DNA from: Propionibacterium ruminifibrarum
GTDB taxonomy: Bacteria > Actinomycetota > Actinomycetes > Propionibacteriales > Propionibacteriaceae
NCBI RefSeq assembly: GCF_900289195.1
Contig: NZ_OMOH01000011.1
Location: 1 to 32,000 of the forward strand
Direction: 5' to 3'
DNA: 32,000 bases
The position numbers and the translations under genes were made by a program. Of the stretch, positions 27,109 to 32,000 are shown piece after piece; position 1 is the stretch's first letter, and every line of letters begins with the position of its first letter. Below the pieces are notes generated by a model. It did not search any database, was not told where the DNA came from, and was given only the letters and a program-made list of their open reading frames with translations.

Positions 27109-27717
27109 TCAGGCGTTCTTGGCGGCCAGGAAGCGCGCGGAGACGTCGTCCCAGTTGACGACGTTCCACCAGTTCTTGACGTAGTCGCCCTTGACGTTCT
27201 TGTACTGCAGGTAGAAGGCGTGCTCCCACATGTCGAGCTGGAGGATCGGGGTGGCGCCGGCCGGCAGGTTGTTCTGGTGGTCGAAGAACTGCAGGGTCTG
27301 GATGCGCCGGCCCAGCGGATCCCAGACCAGCGAGGCCCAGCCGGACCCCTGGATCCCGGTGGCGGCGGCGTTGAACTGGGCCCTCATCGCGTCGAAGGAG
27401 CCGAAGAACTCGGTGATGGCCTCGGCGAGCTCGCCCTCGGGGGCCTCGGGGCCGGACCCCTTGGGGGCCATGTTCTGCCAGAAGACGGAGTGATTGACGT
27501 GGCCGCCGAGGTTGAAGGCCAGGTCCTTCTCGAGCTTGTTGATGGCACCGAAGTCGCCGCTCTCGCGCGCCTCCGCCAGCTTGTCGAGGGCCGTGTTGGC
27601 GCCGTCGACATAGGCCTGGTGGTGCTTGTCGTGGTGGAGCTCCATGATCTCGCCCGAGATGTAGGGCTCCAGCGCGGAGTAGTCGTAGGGCAGTTCCGGA
27701 AGCGTGTAAATGGCCAT
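27109..27717 (-). CDS. sodA: Fe/Mn superoxide dismutase
   Basis: [37 protein letters not shown]...[11 protein letters not shown]...[11 protein letters not shown]...[22 protein letters not shown]. Long stretches match what I remember of the Propionibacterium cambialistic SOD. GAGGAG RBS. Confidence 0.96.
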   Translation of the reverse strand: MAIYTLPELPYDYSALEPYISGEIMELHHDKHHQAYVDGANTALDKLAEARESGDFGAINKLEKDLAFNLGGHVNHSVFWQNMAPKGSGPEAPEGELAEAITEFFGSFDAMRAQFNAAATGIQGSGWASLVWDPLGRRIQTLQFFDHQNNLPAGATPILQLDMWEHAFYLQYKNVKGDYVKNWWNVVNWDDVSARFLAAKNA

Positions 27718-27934
27718 GTCTCCTCATTCCGCCCCCGGCGCCGGCTGCGCCCGGGGCTCGTCGGTGTCATCTTCAACAACATGCGGCCGGTGCCCGTCTA
27801 TTCCCGCACCGCCCGATCCGGCCGCAGAACCGCGGGTCGGCCGCGGGCGGATCCGTCGAAGGAATGAGACGGAAGGGCTGATTCCATCCCGAGATGGGAT
27901 GCGCGGCGGCGCGGGATTTCAGGATGATGGGGAC

Positions 27935-28918
27935 ATGAGCACGTCATCGATACCGCAGGGCGACCCGGGGCGGACGGTCTCCGGCCCGGACCACTGGGCC
28001 GCTCCCGGAGCCGCCCAGCAGCCGTACCCGGCTGCGCCTGGCCCGCAGGTCCCGCCGCAGGCGGCACCCGCCGACTGGCCCCAGGGCGTCCCCGCCGGAC
28101 CGTCCCAGACCGTTCCCGGCGGGGCGCCGGTGCCCGCCGCGGCGAACCCGCGGGCCGCCCTGTCGATCCGTGGGCTGGTGAAGTTCTTCGGCGGCAGGTG
28201 CGCGGTGGCCGGCATCGACCTGGACGTTCCCGCCGGATCCCTGTTCGGCCTGGTCGGCCCCAACGGGGCAGGTAAGACGACCGCCCTGTCGATGGCGACC
28301 GGCCTGCTGCGGCCCGACCAGGGGCAGGTGCACGTCGCCGGGCACGACGTCTGGGCCGACCCCGCCGCCGCCAAGGCGCTCATGGGCGTCCTGCCCGACG
28401 GGCTGCGCACCTTCGACCGGCTCAGCGGGCGCGAACTGCTCGAGTTCGTCGCCCGCATGCACCGGATCGACCGCACCACCGCACGCCAGCGCGCTGACCA
28501 GCTGCTCGCCACGCTCGACCTGGCCGGTGACGCCGACAAGATGGTCTGCGACTACTCGGCGGGCATGGCCAAGAAGATCGGCCTGGCCTGCGCCCTCATC
28601 CACAACCCCCGCCTCCTCGTCCTCGACGAGCCCTTCGAGTCCGTCGACCCCGTCTCGGGCGAGACGATCCGGCAGATCCTGCACCGCTACACGGCCGGGG
28701 GCGGCACCGTCGTCATGTCGAGTCACGTCATGGAGCTCGTCGAGACGCTGTGCGATGCCGTGGCCGTCATGGCCGCCGGCCGCATCCTCGCCGCCGGCAC
28801 GATCGATGAGGTCCGCGCCGGGCTGCCGCTCCAGCAGCGCTTCCTGCAGCTCGTCGGCGTCCACCGGGTGGGCGGGGGTGAGCTGTCGTGGTTGGATACC
28901 TCGCCCGGCTCCAACTGA
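27935..28918 (+). CDS. ABC transporter ATP-binding protein with a ~75-aa Pro/Gln/Ala-rich N-terminal extension
   Basis: Walker A GPNGAGKTT, signature-like YSAGMAKK and Walker B LLVLDEPF. N-terminus MSTSSIPQGDPGRTVSGPDHWAAPGAAQQPYPAAPGPQVPPQAAPADWPQGVPAGP.... ATG 27935 lies within track ORF 27710..28918. Confidence 0.85.
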   Translation: MSTSSIPQGDPGRTVSGPDHWAAPGAAQQPYPAAPGPQVPPQAAPADWPQGVPAGPSQTVPGGAPVPAAANPRAALSIRGLVKFFGGRCAVAGIDLDVPAGSLFGLVGPNGAGKTTALSMATGLLRPDQGQVHVAGHDVWADPAAAKALMGVLPDGLRTFDRLSGRELLEFVARMHRIDRTTARQRADQLLATLDLAGDADKMVCDYSAGMAKKIGLACALIHNPRLLVLDEPFESVDPVSGETIRQILHRYTAGGGTVVMSSHVMELVETLCDAVAVMAAGRILAAGTIDEVRAGLPLQQRFLQLVGVHRVGGGELSWLDTSPGSN

Positions 28919-30477
28919 AACTCACCTGGCGCGGCGTCACCGCCAGCACCGGGCGCATCGTCGCCTTCGCCATCGTGCTGCTCTACGGCCTCGGCCTGCT
29001 CGCCCTGCTCGGCGCCGGAATCGTCGCGCTCGGCCTCGACGAGGCCTCAGCGGTGCGCGGGCCGGTGCTCACCGCGGCCATGGCCGTCATCACCCTCGGC
29101 TGGCCCCTGATCGGTGTCGCCGGCGCGGGCGACGCGAGCCTGCTCGAACCCGCCCGCTTCGCCCTCACGCCCCGCACCGGGCGCGAACTGGCCCCCGCAC
29201 TGTTCGCATCCGCCCTGCTCACCCCGGGCTCGGTCGCCGTCGGCATCGTCGCGCTCCTCGTGGTCGTCGCCTGGCGCGCCGAGCCCCTGTCCGCGGTACT
29301 CGCCGCGGCCCAGCTGCTGCTCGGCGTCACCACCTGCGTCCTGCTGGCACGCGTGGTGCTGGCAGCGCTCGGCCCTGTTCTCGGCAGGAGGCGCGTGCGC
29401 GAGCGGCTGGGGGTCGTGCTGCTGCTCGGCGTCATCGGCGCCGGCGTCGGCTTCCAGTTCCTCTCCCAAGCCCCAGTCGACGCCCTGTGGGGCACGGAAC
29501 TGCTGGCCCCGGTGACCGCCGCCGCGCAGATCGCCCGGTGGACGCCCTTCGGGTGGTGCTGGTCACTGGCCTGGGACGCCCAGCAGGGCGCCTGGCCGGT
29601 CCTGCTGGTGCACGTCGTCGCCTCGCTCGCGCTCGTCGCGCTGCTCGCCCGGTGCTGGGTGCGCCTCATCGACCGGACCCTGGTCAACCCGGTCACGCGG
29701 GACGAGGCCGCACGGGTCAAGGGCTCCCGACTCGACGACCTGCTGCCTGCCGGGGTCGTGGGCGCGCTCATGGGCCGTGAGCTGCGCTACTGGCGCCGCG
29801 ACCAGCGCCGGTTCATCCAGCTCATCAGCATCGTCCTCGTGCCCCTCATCATGGTCCTCCCGGCCGTGCTCGGCGACCAGCGGCAGGCGATCGCCCTGGC
29901 GCCGTTCATGTGCGCGCTGATGACCTCGAACGTCTCGGCCTGGGGGCTGAGCTACGACGGCTCGGCGCTGTGGACCGTGGCGCTGTCGCAGGTGTCCGCC
30001 GTCCACGACCGGGCGGCCCGCGTCGCCGTCGTCGCGATCATCAGCGGCCCGGTCCTGCTCTGCAGTCTCGTCGTCGCGCTCGTCCTGGCACCCGGATACG
30101 ACGTTCCGGGCCTGATCGGCATGACCGTCGGAACATGGCTCGTCGCAATGGGCACCGGAACCTGGGTGGATGCGATGTGGCAGCAGCCCATGCCGCCACC
30201 CACCTCGAGCGTCTTCACCCGCAACGCGGGCAGCACGGCCGAGACCTTCCTCGGGTCGGTGCTGACGATGATCCTGCCGGTCCTCGGCGGGGCGCCCTCG
30301 GGTCTCCTGTTCATCCTGGCCACGGCCATGGGACGGCCGGCGCTGGGCTGGGCCGGGCTGATCGTCGGCCTGCTCGTCGGCGGACTCGCCTGCTGGGGCG
30401 GTGTCGTGCTGGCCGGCCGGCGCCTGGACGGCCACTGGCCGGAGGTCCTCGCCAAGGTCAAGGAGCGTCTCACCTGA
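28888..30477 (+). CDS. 12-TM fused-dimer ABC-2-type (putative exporter) permease
   Basis: 529 aa with about 6+6 hydrophobic helices. Both halves open with a similar amphipathic segment (YLARLQLKLTWRG and LMGRELRYWRRDQRRF). The GTG start overlaps the ATPase gene by 31 nt. Family assignment is by architecture only. Confidence 0.68.
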   Translation: MVGYLARLQLKLTWRGVTASTGRIVAFAIVLLYGLGLLALLGAGIVALGLDEASAVRGPVLTAAMAVITLGWPLIGVAGAGDASLLEPARFALTPRTGRELAPALFASALLTPGSVAVGIVALLVVVAWRAEPLSAVLAAAQLLLGVTTCVLLARVVLAALGPVLGRRRVRERLGVVLLLGVIGAGVGFQFLSQAPVDALWGTELLAPVTAAAQIARWTPFGWCWSLAWDAQQGAWPVLLVHVVASLALVALLARCWVRLIDRTLVNPVTRDEAARVKGSRLDDLLPAGVVGALMGRELRYWRRDQRRFIQLISIVLVPLIMVLPAVLGDQRQAIALAPFMCALMTSNVSAWGLSYDGSALWTVALSQVSAVHDRAARVAVVAIISGPVLLCSLVVALVLAPGYDVPGLIGMTVGTWLVAMGTGTWVDAMWQQPMPPPTSSVFTRNAGSTAETFLGSVLTMILPVLGGAPSGLLFILATAMGRPALGWAGLIVGLLVGGLACWGGVVLAGRRLDGHWPEVLAKVKERLT

Positions 30478-30523
30478 GTGGGGCGGGGCCACGGCTCCCG
30501 GGGCGTTGTACCCTCGACCTTGC

Positions 30524-31801
30524 ATGCCTGGGGCGCGATCATCCCGCGCTCGGCAGGCGCGGGATGGGGGAGCGGTGCCGAGCAGGACGGGAACCGGGAT
30601 CGATGCCGGCCCGCCGCAGGGGGGCGTGCGGCTCGTGGGACGAACCGTGCACCCCTGGGCCTGGTGGGCCTGGGCCATCTGCGCTGCGGTGACCGTCAGC
30701 CTCACGACCAACCCGTGGCTCATCGGGCTCGTGTGCGCCGCCGTGCTCGTCACCGTGCTGCGCCGCCGCAGCGACGAGCCGTGGGCCCGCTCACTGGGCG
30801 TCTACCTGTCGATGGCCGGTTTCGTGCTCGTCATGCGCGTCTTCTTCGCCACCTTCTTCAGCGCCACCTCCTCCGGCACGCTGCTGTGGGACCTGCCCCA
30901 GCTGTCGCTGCCCTCGTGGGCGGCGGGACTGCGCATCGGCGGACGGGTCTACCTGGAGCCCGTCCTCATGGCCTGCTTCGACGCGATGCGCCTGGCCGCG
31001 ATGCTGCTGTGCGTCGGCGCTGCGAACACCCTCGCCAACCCGCGCCGGGCGCTGCGCAGCGTGCCGGCCGCCCTGTACGAGATCTCGGTGGCCGTGGTCA
31101 TCGCGCTCACCGTCGCCCCGCAGATGATCGAATCGCTGGCCAGGGTGCGCCGCGCCCAGCGGCTTCGCGCCGGGGCGGTCACCGGCGTCGGCGGCCTGGC
31201 CCGTCTGGTCATCCCGGTTCTCGAGGACTCGGTCGAACGCGCCATGGGGCTGGCCCGGAGCATGGAGTCGCGCGGTTTCGGCAGGACACGGGCGGGCGGC
31301 GGCTCTGCGTGGGGGATCCTGCTCGGGCTGCTCGGCTCGGTCTGCCTGGGGATCGGGGCATTCCTCATGCTGGGCGGCAGCCGGCCGAGCCCGGTGTGGG
31401 TCGTGCTCCTCGCTGCCGGGGCGCTGGCCCTCGGCGCGGCCCTGCGCCTGGCCGGCCGTCGCCTCCAGGTCACCCACTACCGGCCCGATGACTGGTCGCG
31501 GCCCGAGTGGGTGGTCCTGGCCAGTGGCGTCGTGGCGGTCGCGGCCGCGGTCGCGGCAGGGCGCCTGGCCCCCGGCGCGCTGGACGTGACGATGCCGCCG
31601 CTGGCCCTGCCCGCCCTCCACCCGCTCTTCCTGTTCATCGTGGCCTCGCTGGCGGCCCCCGCCGTCCTGACCCCGCCACCGCCCCGCGTCTCGGACTGGC
31701 TCGCCTGGACGGCCCGGCGTTCCGAGCCGGAGCAGGAGCAGGCCGGTGGGCGGGCCGATCTCGACGCCGAACGACTCCGACCCCGAGGTGGTACGCCATG
31801 A
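30524..31801 (+). CDS. Energy-coupling-factor transporter transmembrane (T) component, EcfT/CbiQ family, with a long C-terminus
   Basis: Coupling-helix motifs LARVRRAQRLRAG and ARSMESRGFG, plus a THYRPDDWSRPEW tail motif typical of CbiQ/EcfT. The start is uncertain (ATG 30524, GTG 30575 after GGGGGAG, or GTG 30626). Confidence 0.72.
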   Translation: MPGARSSRARQARDGGAVPSRTGTGIDAGPPQGGVRLVGRTVHPWAWWAWAICAAVTVSLTTNPWLIGLVCAAVLVTVLRRRSDEPWARSLGVYLSMAGFVLVMRVFFATFFSATSSGTLLWDLPQLSLPSWAAGLRIGGRVYLEPVLMACFDAMRLAAMLLCVGAANTLANPRRALRSVPAALYEISVAVVIALTVAPQMIESLARVRRAQRLRAGAVTGVGGLARLVIPVLEDSVERAMGLARSMESRGFGRTRAGGGSAWGILLGLLGSVCLGIGAFLMLGGSRPSPVWVVLLAAGALALGAALRLAGRRLQVTHYRPDDWSRPEWVVLASGVVAVAAAVAAGRLAPGALDVTMPPLALPALHPLFLFIVASLAAPAVLTPPPPRVSDWLAWTARRSEPEQEQAGGRADLDAERLRPRGGTP

Positions 31802-32000
31802 TCGACCTGATCGGATTGTCGGTGGGCTACCCGGGCCGTCCGGCCCCGGTCCTCGCGGACGTCAACCTGAGCATCGACGAGGGCGACCTGGTGCTCGTCG
31901 CCGGCCGCACCGGAACCGGCAAGTCGACCCTGCTGGGCACCGTCAACGGCCTCGTCCCGCGTTTCACGGGCGGGACGATGAGAGGCGCCGTCACCGTCGC
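31798..32000 (+). CDS. ECF/ABC transporter ATP-binding protein, N-terminal part; runs off the right edge
   Basis: MIDLIGLSVGYPGRPAPVLADVNLSIDEGDLVLVAGRTGTGKSTLLGTVNGL (Walker A GRTGTGKST). The ATG (31798) overlaps the EcfT TGA (31799-31801). Confidence 0.8.
   Translation, partial: MIDLIGLSVGYPGRPAPVLADVNLSIDEGDLVLVAGRTGTGKSTLLGTVNGLVPRFTGGTMRGAVTV

Noticed and set aside
27710-27934. N-terminal extension of the ABC ATPase ORF back to 27710
   Set aside because: It would overlap the sodA start and promoter region. ATG 27935 has purine-rich sequence upstream, and the extension translates to implausible sequence.

Overview
This is a GC-rich, GC3-biased actinobacterial chromosome segment. SodA closely matches the Propionibacterium cambialistic SOD as I remember it. 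Together with RpfB, a class II DAHP synthase and the gene order, this suggests a Propionibacteriaceae-like organism. The window reads as core housekeeping DNA, not an accessory island.

I call 38 protein genes.
- Left third: the N-terminus of a lipoylated E2 acyltransferase, DUF3043 plus a coupled small acidic protein, PspA/IM30, a degenerate glycerate-kinase-like protein, an IscA/HesB protein, GuaB1, a stand-alone atypical receiver coupled to trpD, a DUF4282 protein, an A24 prepilin peptidase, a GNAT-MazG-like fusion, a membrane protein, cyclophilin, a peptidase-MA lipoprotein, two PlsC-type acyltransferases, aroG and an MBL hydrolase.
- Middle: the distal spc/alpha ribosomal block secY-adk-map ... 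infA-rpmJ-rpsM-rpsK-rpsD-rpoA-rplQ. It is detached from rplO and interrupted by DUF1707, a CDF metal exporter and yciI.
- Right: rpfB, sodA and a four-gene + strand transporter cluster made of an ABC-2-type exporter pair and an ECF T/A pair.

I found no CRISPR array, IS element, transposase, integrase, tRNA, rRNA or recognisable defence or toxin genes, and nothing I can honestly call a clear new multi-gene system.

The items most worth a second look:
- the GNAT-MazG-like fusion
- the repeat-rich, AT-rich rpfB leader, which has mutually exclusive pairings
- the duplicated hairpin module plus an orphan terminator upstream of the E2 gene
- the degenerate receiver translationally coupled to trpD
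- the tandem palindromes in the 10.6 kb divergent region
- the composite ABC-2/ECF operon

All functional calls rest on motif recognition by eye. No searches were run.
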